DNA from: Neodothiora populina
Lineage: Eukaryota
NCBI RefSeq assembly: GCF_041146345.1
Contig: NW_027191414.1
Span: 558,001-622,000, forward strand
Direction: 5' to 3'
Length of the DNA stretch: 64,000 nucleotides
Made by a program: the position numbers and the translations under genes. The notes under the pieces are model-generated. The model was not told the origin of the DNA, did no database searches, and was given only the letters and a program-made list of their open reading frames with translations. This document shows positions 34,645-47,689 of the stretch, piece after piece. Every line of letters starts with the position of its first letter. The stretch's first letter is position 1.

Positions 34645-37600
34645 TCACGCGCCAATAACAAGATCGTACAGTAAGCGAAGACTCTCGGGGATCTTCTTGC
34701 GTTGCTTTCTCGGCTGTGTTTTGTTGAACGCGAGCCTCTTTGATATCTCGTTAGCCTCCGACAAGCTTACCAGCTTCCTCTTCCGCGAGAAAGACATGTC
34801 TTGAACAAGTGCTTTCTCAAATTCCTGACACACTTGCAGAACACATTCTGTAGTGTTTCCCTGCTTGTCTGCTTTCTGCTGGCCGTCATCAGGCAAGACG
34901 AAATCTTCTGGGTCCTTCGACAAAGCAGGCCGTGCTGGAGGGTTTTGTGCGATGAGAAGGTTCTCGTTACTCAAATTCCAGTGTCCAGTCGTAGTTGGTA
35001 TGAAAGGAGCTCTGGAGAAAACGTCGGCTAGACGACCATCAAGCGCCATCTCATAAGGAGTTCGTCCAACACCATTTTCTCGGAAAAGAAGCTCAGAATT
35101 TTGATCTAGCATAACGCGGACCAGTTCTGGTTTGCCATGTTTGATGACCGTGTGCAGAGGAGTGTCACCTTCGCCGTTAATGATGGTCAAGTCAACAGCT
35201 CCACTGAATTCGAGCAACATGCGTACAAATTTTGCTGTTTGACCAGGGCAGTTGTGCCGTGGTTGCCATTGCTGATGGTGTAGCCACAACGCCAATGGAG
35301 TGGTAAAACCAGGATCTACAAAGGATCGTTCAGTAGCAAGTTTCTGGTAGATCCGATTATCGATCTGCTGAAGCAATTCCTTGATGAGGGCAACTTCATC
35401 GTCGAACTGCCATGGCATGACAGTCAACAATACAGCGTGGAGGATGTTTCTCCCAGACTTATCGCGACAGCACTGATCTGCACCAGCTGCTATCAGTTTT
35501 TTGACCATCGGCAGATGATGAAGGGTGAATGCATAGTAAAGCGGCGTCTGACCGTCCGAATCTCTTGCTTCTAACGCATCCGGCTGAGTTTCGATGAGAT
35601 ATTGCACCAGATCGAGAGCTCCAGAGCTCTTGCCCAACACCGTGAGGTGCATCAGCAAGTGTGCATCTCGACTCAACCAGTCCTGAATCGATTTCTCCAA
35701 GCCATCTTCTGATGCTGCTAAAGCTGCAACTCGCTTATCGGCTTGATTTGCCTTGGCGAAGGCCATGTAACACGATCTGGCTTCATCGCTCAAGAACCAT
35801 TTGACAAGTTGGAGATTGCCATTGTAACCTGCCTGCAGTAGTGGTGGAAGATTAGCTCTATACCGAGACGTTCTGACTCCTCTGTCTTCCTGTGCCCAGT
35901 CTTTACGTTTTTTGCCATAAACGGAAAGACCTTGATAATACTTGCGAGATTCTTGGACTTCTGCACCACTCTCTGAGATCAGTTCGTCCAGCCCAAGCCC
36001 GGCGCCAGTTCGTGTAATCAGCGGAATCAGGAATCGGACGTTGTCCAATCGCATTGCGAACTCGAAGTCAGACTCGGGAAAAGAATAGAAATTGAGTGCT
36101 TCACTCGCGTCCACAAGCGGGCGCCGCACGTGGTCTTCTGCAAGATCGATCAAGAAGACAAACAGGTCAAGATGGTCTGACTGCATTGCCATCTGGAAGA
36201 GACTTAACGCACAAACATCAGACTCATCATTCATAGCCACAACGGGCTTCCCCAAGCGGAAGTCTGCCGGATGCCCAAGGTGAACACAGCGATCTTGTGA
36301 CAGGTCCAGAGGTGTAGATTGACTTTTGACTTGCAGATTAATCGCATCGATGTTCTCAATGGTATATTGGTCGTCCACGAGCTCGGAATGGATTTCAACA
36401 CCGTCCTTGACTTCATTTTCACCACCGTTGCTCTCGTCGTCTGACGTTCTTGAGGCCAGGTAGTAGCGAATTTTACGATTGTTGCCTCTTGGAGCATACT
36501 GGATCCTTACAATTTCCAGGACTATCTTCGCAGCCTTCAAATGGCCTCGCAACATACATATGTGGAAGGCGTTGACACCTAGCCTATCAGTGGCAGACAT
36601 TGACAGAGGCGCAAAGGTTTTGTCCTCCCTGGTCCAGGGCGCCAAAGTGTATTTCTTTATGATGTCGATGTTGCCTGTCCAGCAAGCCTCGAACAATTCA
36701 ACGTAAGCTATTCGTGTGCTTTCAGTGGGGTCGCCACGATGGAAGATGAGTTCTGGCTTCCAAACACTTGGCTCTTTGTTGTGAGACTGCCAAGTATTGC
36801 GACCGTAGGGCTCTTTGGGCTCCTTGTGCATATCTTTGAAGGATTTTGCACCATACTCGAGAAGCCGTCTCTCGAAAGTCTCGAACTCGTCACACAACCT
36901 TTTGATCTCGGCCTGTTTTAGACTCAAGCCTTGTTGATATCTAGGCTTCTGTTGTATTTGACATTCCCAAACCCTGCATTTATGCGGGTAAACCACGTCA
37001 CGTTGTTCGCGAATCTGCTTGGAAATCGTCCAATACGCATAAGTCCCTGGTTCGTATGCGTCCAGATAGGATGCTTCATCTTCCACAGGATTGACAGGCT
37101 TAAGGGGTTTGGAATCCTCTTCCTCGTAATTCGAGTAGTCTCGGAATTTCCCCCTGACTAGGTCGAGTAGAGACTGTCCTTCTGAGTTAGGGCGACAACT
37201 ATCCTCGCTAATTGCTCTGTAGCCGTCAGGCGTCAAAACATTGACGTCGGCGCCATATTGTAATAGCATTGACGCGATAGAAGGCAAGTCACATTTGATG
37301 GCTGCAATGATGGGCTGACTGAAACTAGTCTCGAAACGCCCAACAGCATGCTGATAGCTGTCATTGAAACCTTTCTGAAGATTGCTGTATGCTTCCCAAA
37401 ACGAGGACTTTTCCACTTGAGTGTTCGCACCGGAATCAAGTAGGAAGCGCAAAGCCTCATCATTACCTTGTAGGACCACTGAGCATAGCGGGGTAGCGAC
37501 GGTGGGATTCCAGTGAGATCCAGAAATCGCAATATGATTCAAAGCAATCCGTGTTGCTGGGGCATTCGCGTCCATCATCGTTCCGATCAGCTTCCATTGG

Positions 37601-39917
37601 CTGCTGACGGCAAAGTAGTGCAAAGGAGAAGCTCCGCTGATGTCAGCCTGGGTGATAGAAGCTCCCAAGTCCAGCAATAGTCTTGTCATCTCCTTAGCCT
37701 TCTCGGTTGGTAGGAACAAAGCTAGAACCATGGTGATGATCGCGCTTCCATCCAGCTTGACAGGCAGTAATAGGTTCGCTCCGAAATCAGAGACGAGAGT
37801 TTTGACAACATCAAAGTGTCCTCCGACAATAGCGAGGTGTAGGGCCGATACGGGAATGTCCCAGGCGACAACATCTACATCGTATATGTCCGGCTCATTC
37901 GCCGTAGCATCCCCGAGAAAGTCATTCCCATCGGCTGTTTCGTGGCTGACCATTACATATGATTGTTCAGTGACGGCATTGGTATTGGCATCAATCTCAC
38001 TTGCAGCGGTATTTGAGCCATCGTCCATGCTGATATCAGACTCTTCACCTTCTCCCACGTCTAAGGTGCGATTCTTTGAATGATTTGACTTTCTTTGCTG
38101 TTCTTCGTCTTGATTCGCCTCACTCTTTCTCAGTAGAGCGGCCACTATTTCAGCATTGCCACGTATCGCAGCCAAATGCAGTGCCGTTCTGCCATCGACC
38201 AACCGAGCTACTATACGCGCGCCACGATCGATCAAGCATTGAACAATCTGAAGACTCGAGCACATCACTGCCAGCTGCAATGGTGTTCGGCCCGTATGAT
38301 CCCGGCGGTTAGGGTCAGCACCGTCCTGGCTCAGCCAATGCTCGACCACCTCGAAATCTTCGTTAATAATGGCGTCGCAAAGTACTGCAGTGTTGCCAAC
38401 ATAAGCCATCTCAGTCCAGTCATCATCTGTCAAGGGATGGAAAGAGCCGATCGCCTGTCGACCCGGGTCATCCTTGAGAAAGCTTACGTCTCCAGAGATG
38501 AATTTCTTGCTTTCAATTTCTGCGATTTCCTTCTCCTCGGGTGTAATTGGAACTGGGCAGGAGCCACAGCAGTCATGCATCACATCATGGGCGCTTCCGA
38601 AGAATGCCGGATGTCTGTGCAAGTTCACTTCCCTATCATCAGGCCGGTTCCACTCAGCATTAAGTAGTAGATCTTTCTTGTACACAAGAGCTTCTCGATT
38701 CTACGAGCATGGTATTTGGGACCATAAGGGATGGAAAATGTGTGGTAGTCGCTGACATCTTCTTCATCTACCCAATCGGCAACCTCATCTTCATGTTCAT
38801 CTTTGATGTTGCCATGCAACGTATGTTGTTGCTGCAGCCATCTATTAGCTGGGGGTCTGCCGCGCTCTCTTCGTCGCTGATCCACATATGATTCTCTGTC
38901 GGCGGCAGTCGGGAGCTTCTCCAAAACAAGGAGACGTGCCAAGCCGAGTGTACGTTTGAAGCTGCGCTCGAATATAGTGGGGTCAACACGCGTACGATCA
39001 AGACGCGGCCAGTATATCTCGAAGCCGCGATGAGAATACTTAGAGAGTCGATTTTCGTACGATGGGGATCTCCGAGTCAAATCCATTGTGTTGATCTGGG
39101 TCACGCATGCAGCTACAGCTCTAGGACTAGCGTAGACCTGGGTGCCGTCGTAAGCCACACAGGAACAATCAACATCGAAGCCAGTTAGAATCTCTGAAAT
39201 CGAGCGGTAGATGCGGAGGACGATTTGGACATGGCGAGTGGGGTATTGACTAGCAATAGTGATAGTGTTCTTTGTGCGAATGGTCGTCGTTTCGGTCAGA
39301 ATTGAATCACGAACACAACGCTCAATCTGTTTGATCTTCTCAGTAGCCTATTCTTCGGTCATTTCGTAGAGGAAAAGGTCAACATCTGACGCTGGTGCTA
39401 CTATTTCATGGTAGTATTGGCGAAGAGCACGCTTAGAGGTTGCATGCTTGGCTGGCACAGGTAGAAGCGGAGTCAGAGCTGCACTTCCAGCAACCACGAC
39501 GTTGGACCAATCTCGATCATTCAGTGACGATTCGCAAAACACGCTAAAGTTGGTGCGGAATTCCTGCAGAGACTGAACAATTGCCGGACTTCCATTCGGC
39601 TTTCGACTCGGCTCGTCAAGAGGCATCAAGAAAGATTCCTGCTCTGATTGCGACTCAGATTCAAGCTCTCGAGCGCGAATCTTCAGCTCAGCCTGCGGTT
39701 CTCGGAAAAGCGGAACGATATTGGGTGTCGAGATAGCAGCATGATCATGTTGCTGAGCGAAAATATGGCGGAGCTTGTAGTCGTATTCCTGGTATGGCTC
39801 AAGGATTTGACTCATTGGCAAATGGGGGTGTTGCACAGCATAGGTGACGAAGTCCTCATGTCTGACCGGCAGACTAGGGAGCTGTATAGGTGAATCCAAA
39901 GTTTCCTGAGCAGCCAT
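34645..39917 (-). pseudogene. Disrupted nucleotidyltransferase-like plus ankyrin-repeat protein (~1756 aa if repaired)
   Basis: ATG 39917; in-frame TAG at 39348-39350 with the frame continuing (ATEKIKQIE...FDVDCSCVAYDG); extra TG at 38683-38684 shifts into the 1346-codon frame with ANK repeats (GRTPLQLA, GRTALHLA, GQTPLYYA, GDTPLH). Confidence 0.85.
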
Positions 39918-41090
39918 CTTCAATTGATAAAGGCAGCGCACTATTTGAGATGTCAAGTCGTGGTGTGATGGAAGTGGCAATATCTAGGTTGAATATGATG
40001 AGGTGAAAGTAACGGTATGAAGAAGCTCACAAGCATCTTTATACGTCTTCGCATTGCACCTACAGGTAAAATGAGGAACGCCATTCACGATCACTAGTGT
40101 GGTTTGATGGATTGGTGCCTATGATAGTACCCACCTTTCAGGCAGCACGAAGTCTTGGCGGCTGACTCTTGCAGAATGCAGCGAAGGATGCAGGCAGCGA
40201 CGAGGTACGCGTGAAGTTCGCGTTTGAGTAAGGCAGGATTAGAATCGTTCATAACAACAGAAGTATACCTCAGCTTCGACGAAATTGAGAGTATGCAGAA
40301 GCATCTGAGCAGTCCTTGCTCTGACGGACTAAAATGAGACACAGATGCAGGTAAGGTACCTTCACCATCATCTATAATGCAATAGGCTTTGCTAAAGGGA
40401 AAACAAACCCCGGGATGGACTTCGGACTTTCCACAACTTCTGAAGAAATATAGCCTCTACGCGCTTACGTGGGTAGAGGTATGTTGGGAGAAGACAGAGT
40501 GCCAGTGATGTGAAGCGAGGCGAGGGATTTGGATAGCGATGTCTGCTGTCCCCATGGACGCTGGAGAATGCAGGTATGGCAACATATCCAGATATCAGCA
40601 ATGGACACTTCATGACTATGTTACTTCTCGGATCGAAATCTGCCTGAAATAATTCTTGCACTGTGAGTGGAGTGGAGTATAGAAATGTTCATGGTATGCA
40701 GCGCACTCACGAGCATGCATGTGGAGGCTGGGTGAGGATATCCTCAAGCATTGAGGCGAATCAAACAGGACAAACTTCACCATAGTTGATTGGCTGCTGG
40801 TGACGCGAAGCTTATGTCTGGAGCGCGACTTCCTAAACGTGGAAGTGAAACCCGCGTAAAGCACTTGCGCTCTTGCCTTCCTTGACTTCTCCAACATTGT
40901 CGCCGTCGCCCTCTGGTACCTTCTTCTTCACATCTCGGCCAACCCACCATCAGGAGCTGCAGACACAGACACTCATCGCTTGCAAGCTGTCGGCTGTTTC
41001 TCCATCACGCATAGAGAGGATAGATAGATTGAGCACTGCCAGTTGTTTCCCCGCAAGCAAGCCGCAGAGGCTTGACTCAATATATTCATC

Positions 41091-44000
41091 ATGGCAGATG
41101 ATCAGGTCAAGATTGACAAGCAGCTCTTCCACCATCGTCTTTCTGCTTTCGTCGCACAATGGAAGCAGGACAAGCGTTCTGGAGACTCAGTCTTCAATGG
41201 CGCAAATTCCATCGTCGCCTGCATAGGTAAATCGGAAGAGGCTCAGCTGTTCAATAAGATTACTGCTTTCCAAGTACGCACCGTTTCGGCATTCTCTCGT
41301 GGTTTATATGCGTCTAATTGACATTCTTGTAGTTCTGGCTATTGGGTTATGAGTTCCCTTCGACACTTTTCGTCGTCACTACGGACATGATGTACATCCT
41401 GACCACGAAAAAGAAAGGTTGGATCACCCCTCCACGTTTATCGTAAGCTCTGCTGACATCAATCTCTTAGCCACTTACCTCGAGGTGCTCAAGGATGGAA
41501 AAACACCTGTGGAGATCCTAGTCAAGGGCAAGGATGAGGCAGAAAACAAGAAGAATATAGAGCGATGCCTTGATCTTATCAAAGCCGCAGGCAACAAAGT
41601 CGGCACTGTCGCGAAAGACTTCTCATCTGGTCCTTTTGTGACAGAATGGAAGAATGCCTTTTCTGAGATCTCCAAAGAGGTTGAAGAAGTCGACATCACT
41701 GCAGCAATTTCTGCTGCGCTTAGTGTCAAGGACGAAAAGGAACTTCGCGCCATCCGCGATTCTTCTCGCGCATCAAGTGGTCTTGTTGCCAACTACTTTG
41801 TCGACCAAATGTCAAGCATTCTCGACGAGGAGAAGAAGATGAGCCACAAGGTCCTCTCAGACAAAATTGCTAACAAGATCGAGGACGACAAGTTCTTCCA
41901 GAAACTCAAGGTTTCCAACGGATTTGATCCTCTTCAGCTCGACTGGTCTATCGCACCAATCGTTCAGAGCGGTGGCAAATACGACCTCAAAATCTCGGCC
42001 CAGCCCGACGATGCCAACCTTCACGCCGGTGTGATTCTGTGCACCCTTGGTCTGCGCTATCTGACCTATTCTTCCTTGATCGCTCGCACTTATCTTGTGG
42101 ACCCGAACAAGTCCCAGGAAAGCGCCTACAAACTTCTGCTTGCTGCGCACGAAACAGTCATCAAGAATCTGAAAGAGGGGGCTATCGGAAAGGACGTCTA
42201 CAGTAAGGCCTTGTCACTTGTTCGCTCGAAGAAGCCGGAGCTAGAAAAGCACTTTGGAAAGACCGTCGGCTACGGTATCGGTCTTGAGATTCGCGACACG
42301 TCCTTTTCTCTTAATTCGAAGAACACGCAGACCCTCCGCGATGGTATGACCTTTTGCATCACTACCAGCTTCACCGACGTTGAGAACCCAAACCCTCAAG
42401 ACAACAAGAGCAAGGTCTATTCCCTCATTCTCACCGATACCGTGCGTGTTGGAGATGCGGAGGGCTTGGTCTTTACAAAAGATGCAGCCTCAGATCTGGA
42501 ATCGACGTCTTTCTTCTTCAAGGACGATGACGAGCCGGAAGAAAAGGCTAAGCCAAAACCAAAGAAGGACCCGCGTGTTGGCGCTGTCGCACAGAGGAAC
42601 ATCACCAGTACTCGACTTCGCAGTGAGCGCAGCTCGCAACCCAACGAGGAGAAGGAGCATGCTCGTAAAGAGCACCAAAAGGAGCTCCACCAGAAGAAGC
42701 TTACTGAGGGACTGGAGAAGTACGGCGAAGGCGTAGGAAATCTGAACGGCACCGAGGAAAAGAAGTTCAAGCGATTCGAGTCCTACAAGCGCGACAGCCA
42801 GCTACCTACGAAAATCAAGGATCTCATTGTCCTTGTTGACATGAAGACCTCTAGCATCATCCTTCCTATCATGGGTCGCCCTGTCCCTTTCCACATCAAC
42901 ACCATCAAGAACGTCAGTCAGACCGATGAGGGCGCCTTCTCCTATCTTCGCATCAACTTCCTCTCACCCGGTCAGGGTGTAGGTAGAAAGGATGACCAGC
43001 CTTTCGAAGACCCACAAGCTCATTTCCTGCGCAGTCTGACTTTCAGATCGAAGGACACAAACAGAATGGACACTATTGTTTCGCAAATCACCGAGATGAA
43101 GAAGTCCACCGTGCGCAAGGAACAGGAGAAGAAGGACATGGAGGACGTTGTCGAGCAAGACAAGCTTATCGAGATCAGACAGCGTCGCCCACATCGTCTG
43201 GACAACATCTTCATTCGTCCAGCTCTGGAGAGCAAACGCGTTGGTGGAGCTGTCGAGATTCACAGCAACGGTCTTCGCTACATCCACTTGGGAGGCATCA
43301 GAGTGGACGTGCTGTTCAGCAACATCAAGCACTTGTTCTTCCAGCCTTCGCAACATGAATTGATCGTCATCATCCATCTCCATCTTCACAACCCTATAAT
43401 AATTGGCAAGAAGAAGACGAGGGATGTTCAATTCTATCGTGAAGCTACGGAGATGCAATTCGATGAGACGGGCAACCGTAAGCGTAAGCACAGATATGGC
43501 GATGAAGAGGAATTCGAGGCCGAACAGGAGGAGCGTAGAAGGCGAGTTGCTCTTGACAAAGAGTTCCGCTCATTCGCCGAGAAGATTGCGGATGCAGGCA
43601 AGTCTGAAGGCCTGCAAGTTGACATGCCATACCGCGAGCTGGGTTTCAACGGTGTGCCATCCCGTTCCAGCGTCTACATTCAGCCGACCACCGAGTGCTT
43701 GATTCAAATTACCGAACCACCATTCATGGCAATTTCCCTCAGCGAGATCGAAATTGTACACCTCGAACGTGTGCAGTTTGGGTTGAAAAACTTTGACATG
43801 GTCATCGTCTTCAAAGATTTCCAGAGACCACCAGCGCACATCAACACTATTCCTGTCGAGAGTCTCGATGGCGTCAAGGACTGGCTGGATTCAATTGACG
43901 TGCCGTACTCTGAGGGTCCTCTGAACTTGAACTGGGGCACCATCATGAAGACAGTTACTGCTGATCCCCACGAGTTCTTCGTTGGTGGCGGTTGGTCATT

Positions 44001-44268
44001 CCTTGCCGCAGACTCTGACTCGGAAGACGACGAAGAAGAGGAAGAATCTGCATTCGAGGTTAGTGAGGAGGATCTCGCCTCTGATGAGAGCAGTGAAGAC
44101 GAATCCGAGTTCGATGATGATGCCTCAGCGGAGGCGTCCGAAGAGGAGGTCAGCGATGAGAGCGAAGGCGAAGATTGGGATGAACTTGAGCGTAAAGCTA
44201 AGCGCAAGGATCAGGAAAGCGGTCTCGACGAGGATGAAGATCGCAGCAAGGGCAAGAAGAAGCGATAG
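41091..44268 (+). CDS. SPT16: FACT complex subunit Spt16
   Basis: Exons 41091-41273, 41333-41417, 41471-44268. FWLLGYEFP, IVQSGGKYDL, PVPFHINTIKN, DVQFYRE, HLERVQFGLKNFD, LNWGTIMKT, acidic tail. Confidence 0.98.
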
Positions 44269-45254
44269 GCTGGTCGATGAACCTCGCTAGTCACGAATGA
44301 GAATTGGATGCGAACGGGCGGCGTTGAAGGCGTCAAAATGGCTCTTGTTGTTGAACACACGTAGTATATCTATGGAATACCATTGACAAGTAACGTTATG
44401 CTGCTTCTGAACACCACGACGCTTGAATCGCCGGATGAATTGCTTCATATGGTGAGTCCTCCCGGCAGCCATTGTCAGCATTCAAAGTCCTGGCCCGCGT
44501 GGTTTATCAATATCGAATGATCCGACATTGGGAAATGCTTCTTGCAAGCCTCGGACAAATTCGAGGGCTTCTCCCTTCGCCTGTCAATCACAACACTAAG
44601 GACGTCATCTATAGGGGAACACAAGCACAATGTTAAAACTGCCGCGTACTTCTCGTTACGTTGTGTGCGTCGAACTTGTAGAACAGTCAAGGGATGAGCC
44701 CGACATAACCAGCAAATTTACCGAGCGCACAGCTTTCGCAAGGGACTAGACTAGCTCGCAGCTTAGGTCCATGAACCCAACAGTCGCCAGCCATGCTTAT
44801 CTCCTCTGTACACAGCAAATTTTTGATATGAGTGGCGGACTTCGATGGATTGCTATTGCCATGTATGCCGGGCAGGCAAAGTCCGGCCACATTTAAGCAA
44901 GGTGGAAAGTGCACCAAGCTGATCCACTCTGTTTCTTCCTGCCAATTTCTCTCAAGAACTATCATGCTGATATCCGAAGCTGTCTGCATGATCTGGATGT
45001 AAGTATGTCTGGACTGACCTCCTATCATCCCAGAGATAGGTGCTGTGTTTCCCAGGAATGTCTCTGATTTGGGAGTGGCATTCTTGATTACCCCTTGATT
45101 GTTGACCAATTTGAAGCATTGGAATGCAACAAGCTGTCCATGTCACTGAACTAATCTCAAACATCTTCTTCATTATCCTTGTGTGCAGCCACTGTTTATT
45201 GTTTCCTTTCATCGTCTACACGTCGAGAGCGGACAGAGTATAGCACGAAGCAAG

Positions 45255-46721
45255 ATGCACCACCGATCCAAATTCTTTCCAGTCTTTTTCTATCTGTTTC
45301 TGATTCAAACAGCTTGGGCTCGACTCGCACTTCAACATAATGCAATCGAGCGTCGACAGAACGATGTGCGCCCATACAGTGGATCACTAGGGGCGATAAC
45401 AGGCGGTACAGGCAAACAAGTCTTGACTTTCGTTACGCCTTCCCCTCACGCAATACCGGTACCAATCACGACCCAGAGCCAGACCGTGACATCTTTCATC
45501 CCGCAATACACTCTTTGCGAGCTTCCTCCTGGTCCAGAGGCTTCTGTGATGACAACTCCCACCCTGACCACTGCACCGTACAAGAACTTCACAGTCCCTA
45601 AGCCGTCCAGCACCAAGTCATGCACCACGATCTATAGTCCGACCATCTCCATGGTCTGTGCAACTGTGCTGACAGGCTTGGTGGATCGGTACAGTGTCAC
45701 GGCTTGCAACCAGTATATCACGTTCTCGACGAATTATGGATATGCTCTGGTCACTCCTACGCTTGTGATTACTTATGTGCCTTTGAATGCTACGACCGTG
45801 GCTGGACCAACTGGAGTTGTGATCAATGGCACTCTGATCGGCACATTCAATGGGACTAGTGGTGAAGTAGCAGATAATGTTCCTTCGATTGACATTTCGA
45901 GCACAATCACAGCTTCACCGAGTGCGTCCAGTCCTGAGGCGCTCGAGGATCCCGAGACCATGCCTGCCAGCATGCCCGACTCGCCTCCCACTTCAGCGAT
46001 CGTGACAACAACGACGGGAATGCTCGCGCTGCATCGTCGTGCAAACGTGACTCTACAACAAACGACCATAATGCCTCCGCCGATGGTCCAGACGATGACA
46101 ACATACTACCTCGCACCGTGGCAGCAATTCACATCTCCCGGCTCACTTGGCCACACGCCTCAGAATGTGGACTTGGAAATATGTACGACGTTTGCCAACA
46201 GTACGAGGTCTTGCATCCTCGAATTCCACGAATGGATCACTTCGCTCGCGACGATAACGACGGCGACGACGACATCCGTCAATTTGACCACCAAGATCCT
46301 GGGGCCGAGTCAAGTGATTGTGGAGACTTTGTCCGCGAATGTCACTGTCGAGGCAACGACGTTCAGGCTCCAGACGGCGATGGTGTTGGAGTATGAGACG
46401 GTGGGCGTGATCACCAGTATGGGGACTAGAGGGCCGACTAGTACTGGGCCTACTATGTATCAAACACTGACGGTTGTGGCGGCTGGTGAGACTGCGTAAG
46501 TTCCTCGACTTCATGTGTTCCCGGCTTCCCCTATATTCAGTCCATCTCTTCTCCCTGATGAAGAAATAACACTGACATTTGATCGCAACACGAACAGGTC
46601 CCCAGCAACGCCAACGCGAACCAGTACGTCAACAATCAGAACAACGAGGACAGTGACTGTCCTGGGCGGAACCACCACGGTCATCGTCTCTGACGCGATC
46701 AAGACCTTGCCTGTCGGGTAA
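45255..46721 (+). CDS. Secreted Thr-rich protein of unknown function; 3' end uncertain (possible further exon to ~46895)
   Basis: Signal peptide MHHRSKFFPVFFYLFLIQTAWA, dibasic IERRQ site, several Cys; exon 45255-46495, intron 46496-46597, exon from 46598; another GTAAGT donor at 46718. Confidence 0.72.
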
Positions 46722-47689
46722 GTGATTTTCCGTCTCAATCCCTTGTCGTCCGCCTTGTGCTTCTCCTGAAGTCAGGGATCTTTCTGGAGCCTCACCGTTG
46801 GAGCACAGCGTGTACACGCAGGCTAGTATCGAGACTAATAGCAAGACCAGAGTGACCTCGCTCGACGCAGCCAGCGCACTGGGTGTTGGATCCTGAAACT
46901 AAGGACTACTCGACGATCCAGGTGGCAGATGTCTGGTTCTGGAGACTGGGGTTCCACGGCCTGCATGGTCTGGGCAAGCAGTTGGAGATGATGACCTGCG
47001 TGCTTCTTTTTGCTTCCTTCTTTTCGTTCTCTTTACTTTACTTTCCCTGGGGGTTGTCTTTTCTTGATCATCTGCTTTCCTCCATGTCTTGAACATCGTC
47101 TACTTCTTTTTTCTTCCTTGATCGTCCTGTCCCGTCTGTCTGTGTGTCTGTCTGTCTCTTCGAGAAGTTCTAGCTCCAAGTGTGTAGCGACATGAGAAGC
47201 ATCTATTTATCCATCCACGTTTCGATACCTCACGACTTCATCATCTACTTGTTCTCCACCCAAAGGGGCATGGGACAAGACATCTTCCTACCGGCAGGCA
47301 GGATACTCGAAACAAGTAGTGATGATGCAAGTATATGGTCCAAGTATTGATATGACTTGGGAAATTGAGCTGGGTATCTTATTTACATATCTGCAGAATT
47401 CCGAGAAAGAAGACAGACCAAAGCCCAAAACGCCCTCCCACCGGGTGAGACGAGATGTCGGGGCTTAGGACCTTTTCATGCCCGCTTTTATTAGTCCTGC
47501 CGCCTCTTGCTGAGAGTTGAGTTTTGAAGCTTGGTGTCTGCTAGTGTTACATGGCTTTTTCCCGCCGTCTCCTTTTGCTCGGACGCGCGTGGGGAGTGTA
47601 GAAGGGAGGGTGGGGTGGAAACTATTATTACATGGAGCGGAGAGACAGGAAGAGAAGAGAAATGAGTATGTGGCCGATGACAACCCGAC

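Noticed and set aside
39348..39350. TAG rescued by A-to-I editing or readthrough
   Set aside because: Editing would give Trp where Gln is the simpler ancestral state, and would not repair the downstream 2-nt frameshift; cannot be excluded without RNA data.
29605..39917. Secondary-metabolite cluster (SDR, MFS, kinase, large ORF)
   Set aside because: No PKS/NRPS/terpene backbone or cluster regulator; the large ORF is ankyrin-based.
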